A model generated the notes under the pieces. That model ran no database searches. It saw only the letters and a program-made list of their open reading frames with translations, and was not told the origin of the DNA. Position numbers and translations under genes: made by a program. From positions 10,336 through 74,335 of the forward strand of contig RBZT01000753.1 of assembly GCA_003693705.1 (NCBI GenBank): a DNA stretch of 64,000 nt, in the 5' to 3' direction. Source of the stretch: Polymyxa betae A26-41. Lineage: Eukaryota > Protista > Endomyxa: Phytomyxea. Of this stretch, positions 1 to 13,983 are shown piece by piece. How positions within the stretch are numbered: the stretch's first letter is position 1; each line of letters starts with the position of its first letter.

Positions 1-233
1 CCAGTCCAACCTTTGAGATTGGCTTCGATTACGTTGTATAGTTCATCGACAACTTTCAAGTCTATCGCCTGTATGAAAACGTTAAGAAATGGCTGTTAAA
101 AACCGGATCAAGAGTAGCGAACATTTAGGTTGGCGACCAGCTCAGCTTTCTGAGCATCATTCATTTTGCCCAATCCCAGAAAGACATGGCTCTGGTTAGA
201 AAATTTCTGCTGCAAAGATGACAGGACGACCAT
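1..233 (-). CDS. 5' part of a probable UDP-N-acetylglucosamine pyrophosphorylase (UAP1-like); runs off the window edge
   Basis: Manual translation MVVLSSLQQKFSNQSHVFLGLGKMNDAQKAELVANLN / intron 69-122 (GT-AG) / AIDLKVVDELY resembles the UAP N-terminal QxH(V/L)F...Q..EL..L..ID helix pattern. Confidence 0.45.
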
Positions 234-866
234 GATGGCTTGTTGGTGACTAGACGATATCTCTATTGAGAATCCGATGGTCCAGATAATATCTTTTATC
301 TCTCAGTTGTCTCTCTCTGAAGATATCTTCTTGTATGTCTCTATCTTTAGGGGTCCGCGTTAATCGCCATTCTTTGAGTAACGAAACTTCAACCTGGCAT
401 GGCTTGTCTATAAAGCAACACTATAGATACATTACTCGTATTTTATCGGCTCGTGACAATCTATCCCGTTTATTGAGGTGTTGCCGTGAAAGCAACAAAT
501 TCCAACTTTGAATTTGTTGTTGCTTCGATCAATCTGGCTGGCGTAGCTTTAGCTGGAATCAAACACCACTATCTGTATCAATATTCCTACATAAACACAA
601 ATCTTCAGTTGAAATTGGATAAGATTAATACGATGTAGTTGATACTGAATGCACGGTAGTCGAGATTCATTTCTGGTTAGCCGCACGTTTGTATGGGCCC
701 TGTATAGTTGAGAGATGAGTACAGTATCATACATTAGACTGGTCACTGGTCACTGTAATGAGGGTCCCTTTTACTTATTATACGTAACCTGAGGGTAGCT
801 CCATATCGTCCTCTCCTGCTCTGCTCCTTCGTCTCATCCTTCATTTCCATTCATTGCTAGTATATC

Positions 867-3800
867 ATGGTCCAGGAAACACAGGCCGAGCGATTTCGCG
901 ATTTCCTCGCCGAAACTTTGCAAACGGGCCCCCAGGCTGTCCTCGACCGTGCCTGGAGACGAGGCTGGGATCCCAGTGATGATCCCGTGTTTGATATAAT
1001 AACACCAAATGACACGAAGGAAGGCTTCAGCGTTCATTCGGATATGTTCCGAAAATCGCTCAAAAAGGTTTTATTATCCGACCCAGATACGGAGGAGAAA
1101 GATCTGGCTTGGAAAGAATCCGAACAGATTCAAGCTGATATGGGCAAATTGTTAGCGGCATTCAGGCAAAAAGAAGACGACTATGGCGAGCCTGTTTTTG
1201 CTGATCAGCGAGAGTTGCCTTCTGAAAATCATAGTCGGGCAGAAGTTGAAAATGACTTGGAAGAAGGCGCCGATAATGATCTACGATGCGACCTGCCCGG
1301 CTCAGATTTAACAGAACCCGAGACACACATCGTAGGCGAGCTTTTATGCGATTGGAATCAGTCAGCGATTCTATGTGATCATGTCAATGTTTGTACAGCC
1401 AACGCTTTGGCCAAGCAGAAACGTCGTCTGATGCTTCTTACCGATTACCGAATTTCATTCTGTCGTAGCACTTCGAAGATAAATCGTCCAACTGTTGCGG
1501 CGACGATTTTTCTACTCGATGTGATTCGCCTTGAGATTGATGATCAATTTAACATTATTCGCGTTATAGCGAGAGACGACGATTTCTATATTTTCGCTCG
1601 ATCGTCTACCCAGCTTAAAGCCATCATGGAGGCGTTTGCCAAGCAGCTCAGCTTGATTTTAGTCGGGTATCCAAGCTCAGAGCTGGTTCAGATGCCAACA
1701 CCCTATTCTCTCAACCATAATCCGAACTTTAGTCAATATGACGCCATTAAAAGAACGTTTGAAGCGCTGGTTGATCGCAGTGGCGTAATTCTTAACGACT
1801 TCCTTCGTTGCATTCAAAGCAGCCTCGAGTATGGTAAAAAAGTCCTCAATCTCAAAGTATGTAACTCTCGCTTGGGAAAGGTATTTTGGAAAACTCAATT
1901 GACATTCTTTCAGGAAATAACTGGGCCACAACCTGACCAACGAGCCTCATATGCCGCTTTGCTGGTTGCCTGTCAAGCGCTTCGATACAACTGCACCGAG
2001 TTCGACGAACTGATTGCATCGTATATGCCATTTGGAGACACAGGGATGCATGCTGTAGCAAAACTGTTTACGGCCTCCACTGCTTTCGCCTCAATCGATA
2101 TTTCCAATACAGCTTGCGCACAGAAGTCTATGCAGATACTTGGAGAAGCACTTAAGAGACCATCCACTCCCCATTTACGATGCTTAAATATCTCTGAAAA
2201 CCTAATTGGCAATGCTGGACTTGCATCGCTGCTGAAGGCGCTTCAATGGGCAAATATTCGCCTGGAGGTTCTAGCTTGCAGGAAATGCGGACTCTCTGAA
2301 AAAGGTTTCGAAGTTCTAGGTTAGTCAGAGGCTATTCATGTTTGTAAGAAATCGAACTAAAACGAGTTACAGCGGCGTACATGAAAGAAGTACAATCACT
2401 AAAAGTTATCGATTTCTCCTCAAACCTGCCTGGCAAGTCAGGTCTGGATCATTTGTTTGAAAGTTTGATGTTGTGTCCAAATATCGAACGAATTTATCTC
2501 GCGAACTGTGGCCCTAACGCCAGGGTTGCTGCGGTTCTACAGTCATTGGTTCAAAACAACCCTCCAAAGCTCAAATCCTTAGGTAATACTGTGTATCTTT
2601 TTTGGTGCCTTTACTCGCTAACCGATCACCAGACCTTTCAAATAACCGCCTATCGTTGGAAGATGCCGTCCAATTGGCGAACTTGATGAAAGAATCAGAA
2701 ACACTCAATCAAATTGCTCTTTCACATTGCAAGTTAACACAACAGCAGTCGAATTATATTGTCGATGCTATTGTTTCGAATCAAGTTCCTCATTTGCAGT
2801 TTGTGGTTGATTTCTCACGAAATACGAATCAAGAAGGTTCTATTTGGCCCGATGCTTTTCAAGCTTTGATATTTCCGAACGGCTGCCGGAACTTATATGC
2901 ATTGAACCTTAGCGAATGCAAATTAAGCCCTGATGAATTTGTATCGGTTAGTTTGAAGATTCGACCTGGTTGCAGTAATTAACCAGATGTTAGATATGCG
3001 AGCATTTGAAAGCTGTCAATCCGCTGACTGTCCTTTCTTTGAATGGAAGCGTCAAAACAGGATTATTTAACCGGGAGGCTTGTACAAGGGCAGGCTTAGC
3101 TGTCGCGGAATTGATCAATGCTAAAAGCAGTTTGAAAATTCTGTCGCTCGCTGGAGCAAAAAAGAGCATGCTTGGCCCCGCTGGCGTTAACCTGGTTTTA
3201 GAGGCGCTAGTTAAGAACACCTCTTTAAATTGTCTGATTATTTCAAACAACAGTTTAAGCAAATCTTCCTATGTACGTTTGAATGCTGCCTCACTCTTTA
3301 TACTGATTTCCACTAGAATATCTTGAGAAGAATGCTTGGTGTTAATACATCATTGCAATATCTATCCGTTGATTATAACCGACCGTCGTTACCATCTCTT
3401 TGGCAACTCACTAGAGGGTAAGAATGATGCTGCTGCTTGCGATGTCCGATTTTTAATGAATGAATTCAGTTTAGTTGCTTCAACAAATCTGTGCTCTAAC
3501 ATACCTCGTAATGATTTCATCAACTGCATCGTCAGCGAGAGATCTCGTGATTTGGTCGAAATCTTCTCCTCTGCAATTATAAGAAGATTTGAACGCAATG
3601 TTCGGCGAAATCTGATGTCTTTCCTTAATTTGGAATCCCTTATCTCTTCTTTATCATGGATCCCGCGACCGAAACTATTTGGCAGCCATTTAACCAAGAC
3701 TAATGTCGATTCCATCATTGACGACCTTGAGTTCCCTTCCACTTATCATGAGTTTATCCAGATCCATCTATATGAGTGTGGGATTCCATTTATATTGACA

Positions 3801-4283
3801 TGGCTAGGCGATCGTGCTCGATCAAAGAACGGGCTTCGCACCAAGAATATTTTCGGAATCAGCGAGCACTCGCTCAAATATAAGCGGGCTTTGGATGCAT
3901 TCTATGCTGGTCGTCTGGAGTCGGTCAATGATGCTCAATGCTGTGCTCAATTAATCGTCGAATACCTGAGGCATCGTGATCCGTTGATCTTATCAAGCTT
4001 GACTTGCGAACAGATGAACGCTGCTTTAAGTTCAGGAACTACATTATTGTTGCTGGAAAGCGAAGTGCATGCTCAAGAACGATCAATTCTTTTCTGGCTT
4101 TGTGACTTGCTAAGCGACATTTTAAGTTCTTCCGATTACAACGGAGCGGATGTACATTCTGTAACAATTCTTCTCACTACTTGTCTCTATCCTATCGAAT
4201 CCTGGCTTGATAATGACTTTGACAAGTGTACATTTACTGTTCCCTTGTTTATTGAAAGTTGCATCAAACTGAGATTAAAATAA
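867..4283 (+). CDS. Multi-exon protein: PH-like domain, RNI-like LRRs (CARMIL-like) and a C-terminal RhoGAP-like domain
   Basis: ORFs 867, 2381, 2602, 3006 and 3336 join through ~50-bp introns; LRR motifs LRCLNISENLIG and LKVIDFSSN; RhoGAP-like IPFIL..GLRTKNIFGIS..AQLIVEYLR..DPLI. Confidence 0.7.
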
Positions 4284-4349
4284 ATCGACACTATCCAATA
4301 GCATTGTCGTGCTAGGAAGCCTACCGCAACCTTCTATATACTCTACCAA

Positions 4350-7300
4350 TTAATTATCCTTTTGCAAATTGCTTGAACACGCGACAGGATCGTCACTGTC
4401 CATCAGCCGACAGAGATCAGGATTGTCGAGACGTTCAAGAATTGCTTTAAAATTAGGACGACGGTCTGGTAGCTGATGCCAGCAATCGGTCAAAAGCGAA
4501 TACAATGGATGCGCCCGAAGCTCATCAGTGACATGCGGTCTGAGACCGTTGTTCACAACTTCCAAAACGATCTGCATCATCTCTTTATCTTGATACGGCT
4601 CCTCCCGCGTTAAAATCTCCCACATTATGATCCCGAAAGCATACACATCAGCTGATTCAATTGAGTCAAACAACGACTACATAAACTGCAGCCGAGTACC
4701 TTTCTCAGTGTATTGCTCACCAGAGCAAACTTCAGGACTCATCCAGATTGGGGTTCCAACCTGAGTCATTTTCTTCTTATCGTCCATGAACCGGGTAAGG
4801 CCGAAATCGGCGACTTTGACGTTCCAATTTCGGTCAACTAACAGATTGTCGCTCTGGTTCGTGTGTTTACAAACCATTAAACACGATGTGTTTCTGAGAA
4901 TACCTTAAGGTCGCGATGTAAAATCACAGGATTACTTGTATGCAGGTAATGCATCCCGCAAGCGATGTCCTTAATGAACTTGAGAATGATGCGGTTTGAG
5001 GTCACAAAAGTTCGATCAGCAAGCAGCTGAGCCAATGAGCCACGAGCACAGAATTCAATGATGATGCAAAGATCGGGAGGTTGAGTAATGGCTCCTTTAA
5101 ACTCGATCACGTTTGGATGCTTCAGCTGGCACATCAACGAGGCCTCCGAGCAGAATGCGTCGATCTGCTCTCCCTTCAGGGTTTTGATAAAAATCTTCTT
5201 GACAGCGACGATCTCTCCCCGAGCCTTTGCTAGCCAAACCTCTCCATAGGATCCTATGCCAATTCTGCGGCTCATATGGATCTCGTTCACATTATACGCA
5301 TATCGATCGATCTCATGACCTCCTAATTGCATGCCTCGGTCCCTCTGAAGGTATTCAGCTGTAATCTCGTCCTGTTTACATGTGGCATCATCCATCACTC
5401 GAATGAACTTGCGAGAATTGGAAAGAGCAACAGCAGCTTGGGCGCAGAAAACGGCAAGCAGAGTCTCTTCTTCTTTTCCAAATCCTCCCTTGTCAGTTTC
5501 GTCTTGCACTGATATTAGACCAAATACCTGATTCTCACCAGTTATTTCATCCTGTGCAACAATCGGCATGCAAATAATGCTGAAGAAACTTAGCGAGTTC
5601 TCATCCCAGACGGCTAATTGGACATACCTCTCGCAAGGTGCTCCGTTCGAGTCGATTATCGACTCGTACCTGTCATCTTCTTGAGCGCAGCTCTGGATTT
5701 TAACAGCTTGTGCTGTGCGAGCAACCCAACTACCATAGATAGGTCTAAGCTCTCTATGACAGAAAAGCTACAATATATCTAACCCGCTTATGCCATAATC
5801 CAGACTGAGACGATCCGATTCACTCCCGTTCTCTAACCTGTACATATATCCCTTCTCTGCTTCCACCACCTGAAACAATTCAAGAGAAGAACATTTGGCT
5901 TGTGTGACATACAAAAAAGAAACAGTGATTCGCTTTCAAGAGATCACTGAGCTGGGACTGCATCTGGAACATCAGGCTTGAAGTTTGTAGCTCACTCGAC
6001 AGATTCTTCGTGACATTTAGCATGAATTTCAAATTTCGAACTTGACGTAGGGTTTGATTTAGTGCCCTCTCAGTCTCTTGATATAAACGGCTATTGTTGA
6101 TGGCTACAGCTGCTTGAGCTGAAAACGCACCCAGCTGCTTGACGTCATCGTCGCCAAAACTTAAACCATGACGTTTGTTGATGACTTGAACGACGCCCAC
6201 GATCTCGTTTTTGTGATCTTGAATCGACATGCACAAAATATTCCGAGTTCGGTATCCGGTTTCGATATCCATTTTTCGAGAGAATCTTGAATCTGCGTAT
6301 GCATCTGGAATGATGAGGGTCTGTCCAGTCATAGCAACATGTCCAGCAATGCCTCGATCCATTGGAATCCGAATAATGTCTTCGGTTTCGTTATTGATAG
6401 GTAATCTGAGGCCGTCACCATACGACATCGACGATCTTGTGTATAGTTCATTTCGGGAATGATCACAGATAAACACTGTGCATCGTTCGACATTGAGCAA
6501 TTTCTCAACCTGAAGCAGTATGTCAGAGATGATCGAAAACAGGAAGAGTCGTACTTTCTCCACAATGATTTGTACCAAAGGGACCAATTGGAGTTCGCGA
6601 GAAAGAGCTTTCGTAACTTCCAGGATCGCATCGCTTTGCGCTAGAGATTTCTTAACATCAGTTAGCAACCTCGAATTCTCAACTGCTATGGCCGCATGAG
6701 CAGCGAATGTCTCCAGCAGATCTTCGTCCGCTTCTGTAAAAGTCCCAAATCTCGGGTCCTTGTTAATAGCTTGAATAGCACCGACGATGATTCCTTCGCT
6801 AGTCTTCATGGGCATGCAGACGATATCGCGGCTTTTGAATCCGGTCAAACGATCCATTTCAGGATTGAATCTCGGGTCTGAATGAGCGTCCAGAACTTTT
6901 AGCTTATCACCACTGGTCACAACGTATCCTGCTATTCCTTTATCCATTGGCATGCGAATCTCATTCATGTTAGATTGGAAAGGCAAGTCTGGAGCAGGAC
7001 GTTTCCCTCGGACCCAGTCAAGAAAGCTCAGTTTGATTCCATGGCTGGCTTCTTTCCAGACAATAAGCTCGTTAGTGGCGCGATCGACCAGAAACATTGT
7101 GCAACGTTCAGCTCGAAGAAGAACCTGAACTTTGTGGGTCACCAACGAAACAATCCCTTGTATTGTGGTCTGCGATGATAACGCACGAGCCACTTCTAAA
7201 AGCGCCATGGACTGGTTATGCTGCTCAATCCCAGTCGCAGCTAATCTTGTAGTAGACTCCAATTGCTTGCTTATGGCCAGAATATGACAGATACATTCTG

Positions 7301-7832
7301 CTAATAGAAGCAATGATTCAGCATGGTCTTGGGAAAAGCTTCCAGAATTGTTATTTATCGCCCTAATTACAGCAAGTACCGGGAAGTTATCGCTGCCTGA
7401 ATGTAAAACAGGAACGCATAGAGCAGATGCTAAATTGGCTCCATCAATATCTTTGGCATAGGCTTCATGGAATTCAATCTCGCTTCTAGAATTCAGAATT
7501 AGAGGTCTTCCATTAGCAAACACGTGCCCAACGATTCCATGACAATTTTCAGGCACATTGCCGTTGTGCCGAACAAAAATTTGTGCCGATTCACAGCTAA
7601 CAAGAGAGGCGATTTCGGAATTCAGCACAGTTGCCATGCGCTCAATATCCCATCCAGAACATTGTAGTAACTGTTGTGTCAAAGTCATGACACGACGAAT
7701 GGCGCTAGAATCCTGAATCCGATTGACATTAACGGGAACGTGTTTTTCTGCATTCGATGATGAGTTTCTGAAAATTAGATTCGATATTGAGCTGGCCCGT
7801 CTAGATCTAGCCATCTTGAATTCAGATAACAT
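4350..7832 (-). CDS. Four tandem GAF domains fused to a Raf-like (TKL) protein kinase
   Basis: GAF motifs (GIAGYV, CMPM, AIQAINK..F...DE); kinase motifs GIGSYGEV, VAVKK, HRDLK/SDNLLV, DFG, WMSPE, DVYAFG; short introns join the ORFs; the 5' end could extend further. Confidence 0.85.
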
Positions 7833-8204
7833 GCTCTACAGCATGTCAATGGCTACTCAGAGAGAATTTCTGCCAGTAATGATAAGCTGAAATTGACCGT
7901 ACTGCATGCACTATATTAAGATATCACAGGTTCGATCGGCAGAGCACGTGAATTGGATGAATCTCCAAGGGCCACATTTCTAACACTTCAACCACGCTTC
8001 GTTAATTATCATTTGCAGGCGCTAGATGGGACTGCAAACAGCATCAGGCAATCTTAGCCGACACAGCATTTCAATCCATTCGGAAGATACGACGAAGTCA
8101 GCAAACCACAGACACGATCGTGGTAATCACAAAAGAAACAGTGACAGTCGGATGGACACGAAGTATCACAATGAAGAGAAGAAGCGTTAGGAGGTGGCCA
8201 TTCC

Positions 8205-8274
8205 CTCGGATCTAACGTAATGTGTCCACTCGGATCTAAGTAACGTGTCGACTCGGATCTATGTATCGCGTCTA
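8205..8274 (+). repeat. Three degenerate ~23-24-bp tandem units starting CTCGGATCTA
   Basis: CTCGGATCTA at 8205, 8229 and 8252, in the intergenic region between divergent genes. Confidence 0.75.
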
Positions 8275-8476
8275 AGCGGAACTTTCATAGCCCCCAATGA
8301 ACAGTCAGGTGATCGTTGGCTATCTTCAACAATGAAGGTGGAAGGCATTGAGGCAATTCCTAAAACCTACTAAAGTGAATCTTCAGTCATGGAATATTTA
8401 TTATACTTGATGTGTCTGAGACTTTCAAAGGTCATTGGGGGTTCATTGCGCAATCAGACCTTGAAATCAATCCGTC

Positions 8477-8884
8477 ATGGCGCACGTGCTGTCGACCAGC
8501 TCGGCTCAGGATCTATCCGCTTTGATGCGAAAGCTACGAAAGCACACGAAGACTGTCGTCCAGGAGAACACTATCGCCAAACGAACCATCAGCAAATTGC
8601 GGCGGAAGAACGCCAAGCTGAAGCTCAAAATCGAGCAACTGCAGCAGCACCGAGCGGTTAGCGATGGTGAAACTGCTATCCAGGCGAGGATGTGCAGAAA
8701 TTGCAAAGAAATTGTTGCTCCAGAATCGTCCTGCATCTACCATCCTGGAAAGTTCTACGATATTGACGACGGACAGCGAGAGCTTGATTCTGAGAGCGAG
8801 ACGTTCGGTCTATGGAGTTGCTGCGACGCTGAGCAGAAAGACGCCATCGGCTGTGAACGTGGCAGTCACCGATTTTCCAGGTGA
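8477..8884 (+). CDS. Small coiled-coil protein with a C-terminal Cys/His (Btk-motif-like) zinc-binding module
   Basis: Intronless 135-aa ORF; CRNC...CIYHPG...WSCC...GC...H. Confidence 0.65.
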   Translation: MAHVLSTSSAQDLSALMRKLRKHTKTVVQENTIAKRTISKLRRKNAKLKLKIEQLQQHRAVSDGETAIQARMCRNCKEIVAPESSCIYHPGKFYDIDDGQRELDSESETFGLWSCCDAEQKDAIGCERGSHRFSR

Positions 8885-9343
8885 ACTGGTATGAAGCTTT
8901 AAATGCCTAATTTCATTGTTAAAATGGAATCATGGTTCGTCTCATGGCATCTTCATTAAGTTCATCTGATGGATAATAAAGTGATGTTATCAGATTTATC
9001 TATTTCAAGGCGAATCTCTCCATACAGAGTAGAACACGCCTATCTGCCTTCGTCTGCATGGCAAATAGCAAGTCAGGCGACTATCACAATAGATGGTCCT
9101 TCAGATCTCATGGTGTCGGGTTGTCGCCAGCTTGGACGTCAACAACACCATCGTGCAGGTCGAACAACCCGTTTAACATCGTTTTCGACGAACAATCTGC
9201 AATATGCGTTAGTAAAGATAGCGACACCCTCGGCTGTGAACATGCTCGTCTTCGATTCTCATTGCTAGCATGAACTATAACGAGGTGGTTGGAAATTCCA
9301 GGTTGCTTTATTGGAAATTGGGCTTTATGGCTGCGCTTTAGTT

Positions 9344-10664
9344 TTATGAATAACCTGCGATAGATGCATTTATGGCCGAACGTAGCTCGGCGATTCTTCG
9401 ACGCCCATTATCTAGAGCAACTTCGTCGTCGAATTCCATTATTTTAACAGCAGACTGTTCACATCGGTCCAACGCTTGTAAGAGCTTGTTATAACCTTCT
9501 TGACGTTGAGCATGCGAAGACATTCGTTGTACAAGAACGAGAAGCTTCTTGAATTGGATCAGATGCAGACCAAGGCGCTTGCCGAGATGTTCCGCTTTGG
9601 AACTGCTACTCTCGCAAATCACTGGAGCCGAGCGGGTGAATGTTTTTGATAACGACGACCTTCGCGATAGCGTGCTGACAGTTTCGCCCTCGTCTTTAAA
9701 CGATGAAATTGTCATCGTACAAACAGCCGAGCCGTTATAGATCTGTTGAGCACGACTGGTGTGGTACTGCTATGCGATCTAACAGCATATGAATCTAGAG
9801 GAGGACTTTCTCAAAAATCTTTGCTCGAAGCTTGAAAACTGTTCTTACGATAAGTTTATTCAAATAGCCAGCTTCTTGAGCCTCTCAGTGATGCTGGTAC
9901 GAACGGGGTTCTGCAGAAAGTCAACGTCACAACAATCATGCCCAATCCTAATAATCCACAGCCAAAAACTGGAATCAGAAGAAACTGGATAGGAACAACG
10001 GTTGGGCCCGCTAAAGTTCGTAGCCAGAAAAGAACGATTGAACAGAACGCAGAACTACACCCAGCGAAGAGCAAAATCTGCGACCATGAGCTTGGGATAT
10101 CGAGCTTATAAACTAACAGAATCCCCAGACAGAAGACGACCCACATTGATCTGAAAGCAACGTTCAGTAGCAAACCGTGATGATGAGGCAAAGTAGATAC
10201 AAGAGTGCTAAGGAATGCCAACCCAGCAAAATTTGACTATTCCATAAATTCATGACGACGTTGCCGAATAAGAAAGTTAACAGGCCGCATAGGCCAATCA
10301 GGCGAAGGAAGCTGAGATTTGAGTGAGTGGGGGAAAGAGGTAAAGAACGTCTCCGATCGCGGGTCTGAGCGATTTCGACCCACGATCGTTTCCACCAATG
10401 ATGGCGAAACAGAAGCCTCCAATGAGTATTGCTTGTCTTGGGAACTGTTAGCGGTAAGGCAAACTGATCCTTATACACGTTTTGCCATAAATTTGATGAA
10501 CTACGGGTTGATATCAAATTCCAACGACGACAAGTGCATTCGATGCGAGCGATGTCGCAACCGTTCAGATGAGCGAATATTATGCTGATGATATCATCAG
10601 GAAGCGATTCCAAATTATAAGGTGGCTCAATTTGAAGGGGGATTTCAAACGACCCGTTGTACAT
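9344..10664 (-). CDS. F-box protein with several transmembrane helices (multi-exon)
   Basis: LESLPDDIISIIFAHLNGCDIARIECTCRRW F-box; hydrophobic segments in ORFs 10164 and 9856; helical C-terminal exon 9344-9715. Confidence 0.65.
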
Positions 10665-11737
10665 CTAAGAATGACAATTGGGCCTCGTGCCCCAAAAAGG
10701 ATGGTACTAATATCTTACGTAAAAAGACGACATGACACAGAATTCAGAACAGGTTAAACTGTTACTTCAATGCAGGTTGTGTAGATTGCTTATGTAATTT
10801 TTGTGGTGATCGCCAGATGTCAGATGGGAATGATTTCCTCAAAAGGTTTTGTCGGTCACGATCGATGGTGACACCACAGGACCTTAAGACTCCAGGGACA
10901 GCAACATGCGGTTTATTAACCGTCACGATTGTGTTCTTGACCGTTGGATAATTATCCAGTACGACGGTTGCAACTGGCAAGTTTGTCAGCTTATGCGGCC
11001 AATCGAAGAACTACAAACAAACTCTCATTGGCAACCGTTTCCACCAGATTGAGGGGTCGGCCCTCTACAACATCCCGGACCTAGATTTATTGATCAGATG
11101 GCTTTAGACACAAAAACTGACAATATGAGACCTTTAGATAAACCTCTGCATAGTTTACTGCATCAGAAATGGAATCAGTCTGCGCAGCAGGTCGAGAATC
11201 AACAGTCATCTTCAGGTCCACGACGAATTTCTACCTCGATTATCAATAATTTTAGAGAAACAAACCAATCAGCACCGGAGAGAAAACAGACCTGGCCCAA
11301 GTCACGTTCGCTTTGATAAACGCCTGGACTTTACATAAGATGGCAAACATACGCTTGTAGTGGACCATTACCATGACGCGCATGGAACACCATCCCACAT
11401 AGAGTAATGACATCATTACAGACGTTTCCGCTTTGTGTCTGGATCCAGCGGCTGCTGGGTGATCGCAGGTGCTTCAACAACATGGTTTGAAATCGAAAAT
11501 GAATGAAAACGGCTGGAACAAAATCATGCGCAGCCTGTCTATTGGTGAACGACATGGTGAAATCAACCTGATACGACTCTCTGCATTCAGCAAATTTTCG
11601 AAAAAAACATGGTGATGAAATATCCAATTTTGTCTTAATAAGAATTCGATAGATAGATTTAAGTTTGTTGACGATTCGCCAAAAAACTCTCATTAGAATA
11701 TTGGAATATTTAATTTGAATTTGACTGTAGGTCCTTG

Positions 11738-13681
11738 TCATACTTGACAGGAAATTGATGGGGATGTGTCATCCTTCGCTCTTCTAATTGCTTGTTCGAG
11801 GGCAGCCTGATGCGATAAATAGCTGTGACTTGAGAGCATTGTTGGCGTGATTAAGATCCCGTCAGTGATGCCTATATCATCCTCCTCGATATTTTCTCGA
11901 ATTGGCCGGAGGGGCACCTTTCTTCCAGGGACATAGAGCTGTATGTGCTTATCTTTGTTGCTAATCAGCCTAAAGTGGTGTTCGATTTCGTCCTCGATGG
12001 CATCGATATCTAACGAATCAAAGAAATCGAACAACTTCTTGTGAACCTTCGATTCATAATCGCATGCCCAGCGCCTTGGCATTCGCTTATGCCATGAGGA
12101 AGAGCAAATGGCATTTGTCAACACTGACATCTCTGACACCAAACATTTGATGCTTCTCAGATTCAGTTGAGTGATGAAATCGTCAACAAGGGCAACCTGA
12201 GTTACACCGGGCAGGTTTAGAGGAACGCTGAATATAGGCGGGCAACCGAACCCAATAACCCGGATCGCTCGGTCTTCGCATGCCGGCAGTGGCTCGTTTT
12301 TCAGAAGTACAACCACGGCGGCGGCGGCAGCCGCTCCAAGTGAATGTCCAGTCATTATAAGCTCGTATTCGGGGTGCTCGATAAGGAATGTTTTCAACTG
12401 ATCCGACTGAAGTAATTGCTTATGGAGATTGACAGCTGACTTCCAGATACCAGCATGAGCATACATCGGCTCGAATCCGTCTACATTCACAGGACTTGGA
12501 TGGGCATGCAAATCGGTTAGCAAGTCGTGAATGCTAGAGCTGCCGCTTAAAGCTATCCATATTTGACGATTATCGTGGTCTGCAAAAATCACGTATGATG
12601 GCAAGAACAATGATGGCTCGAAACAGTCGACGATAATATCCTCTTCTTTGACGTCGCATACGATCATGAAACCTGAAATGACATTAGCTTGCAGTGCTTA
12701 ATGATGACGAAGCCAGTTACCTTTCTTTCGACGGTGCTCTTCACGACCTAGAAAATACCGAAAAAAGCGTCGAGGATTCTGTGTAAATGTAGCATATAGT
12801 CCATAGATTCCAATTGCGTATTTGACAGTGCGAGCATAAAATTCGAGATCTTCCAGAGGATGCATATCGAGCTCGTTAACCGCAACACCGCTTTCAATTT
12901 CTTGGACTTTTGCAACACGCACCTTACGGTAGCGTTGGAATGCTCGTGTCAGCTTTAAAGCATCGAGGATGATACTAATCTCCGAAGCATTGCATATATC
13001 TTCGAAAATCTCCTTTGCTGTTTGCTCGACATCATCAAACTCACCAACATTACGATGCAGCTCGATTTGGTTGTTTACAATACCGAAGAAGTGTCGTTTC
13101 AGGAATTTATAGGCTGACTTTGAGATCAACGTGTTAATCATAAAATGATAGATGATGAAAAGCCAACTGCATCCAAGATATGCTCCGATTTCGATTTCAT
13201 CAGGAAGATAGCTCAGTGACCACCAGCCAGTACAAGCAAGATTTAAGAACGTTAGCAGCCATAAGCACACTTCATTAAACTGCATCATGCAAAGGAATCG
13301 ATCTGGCGCTTCTTGTATAAAGCGCACAGATAGTCGCAGCAGATGAGAGCATGCCATTGCTCCAATCGAAAGGCCTTGAATGATGCATTGGAAGGTGAAT
13401 AAAGGGGCCCAGTGCAAAAGCGTCACTTCTTTCCGGTCAGCATTTTTAGGGATTTTGAAAGTTAGAATATAAATGGACCAGATCATTAACATCAGCTGCG
13501 AACAAAGCAAAACCGTCATCAAGAAAATCATGAATATTGGCCGGCTATATCCTAGGGCGACACATCCTACCAAATTATCAACGACAAGTCGCTTACAAAT
13601 TGCGAAACGAGACCAACCCGATGTCATCTGGGATGAGAACCGCTTCCTGCAGAGCTTCTTCTTGGTGCCACGTACTGCCAT
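11738..13681 (-). CDS. Class-3 lipase with N-terminal TM helices (diacylglycerol-lipase-like)
   Basis: GHSLG nucleophile motif, SGSSSIHDLLTD lid region, AHAGI, FGCPP; TM-rich N-terminal exon; intron ~12672-12719. Confidence 0.85.
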
Positions 13682-13983
13682 ATGTTTGGATGTTGATGAT
13701 TAATTGCTGCACTGGAGGCAGAAGGCAGCTGTCGCTCCATACAATGTGGGCTCCGTCGTGGAAAGAGCGCTGATTGATTCACCCTATCAATCGATCCCCC
13801 TGAAGTTCCGTTTCGTTACTCCATTTACCCATCCATAACCCTATGGCACTTGGGAGCCGCCCCCCCTAATCCCATAGGTTTGAAAGGACGTAATCCCTAA
13901 CCAGCAGTCTATAAGCTGTCGTATAATAGTCATTGGAAGTTATACAAGGAAAGATTTAAAGAACGATTATAAAAAAATAAGTC

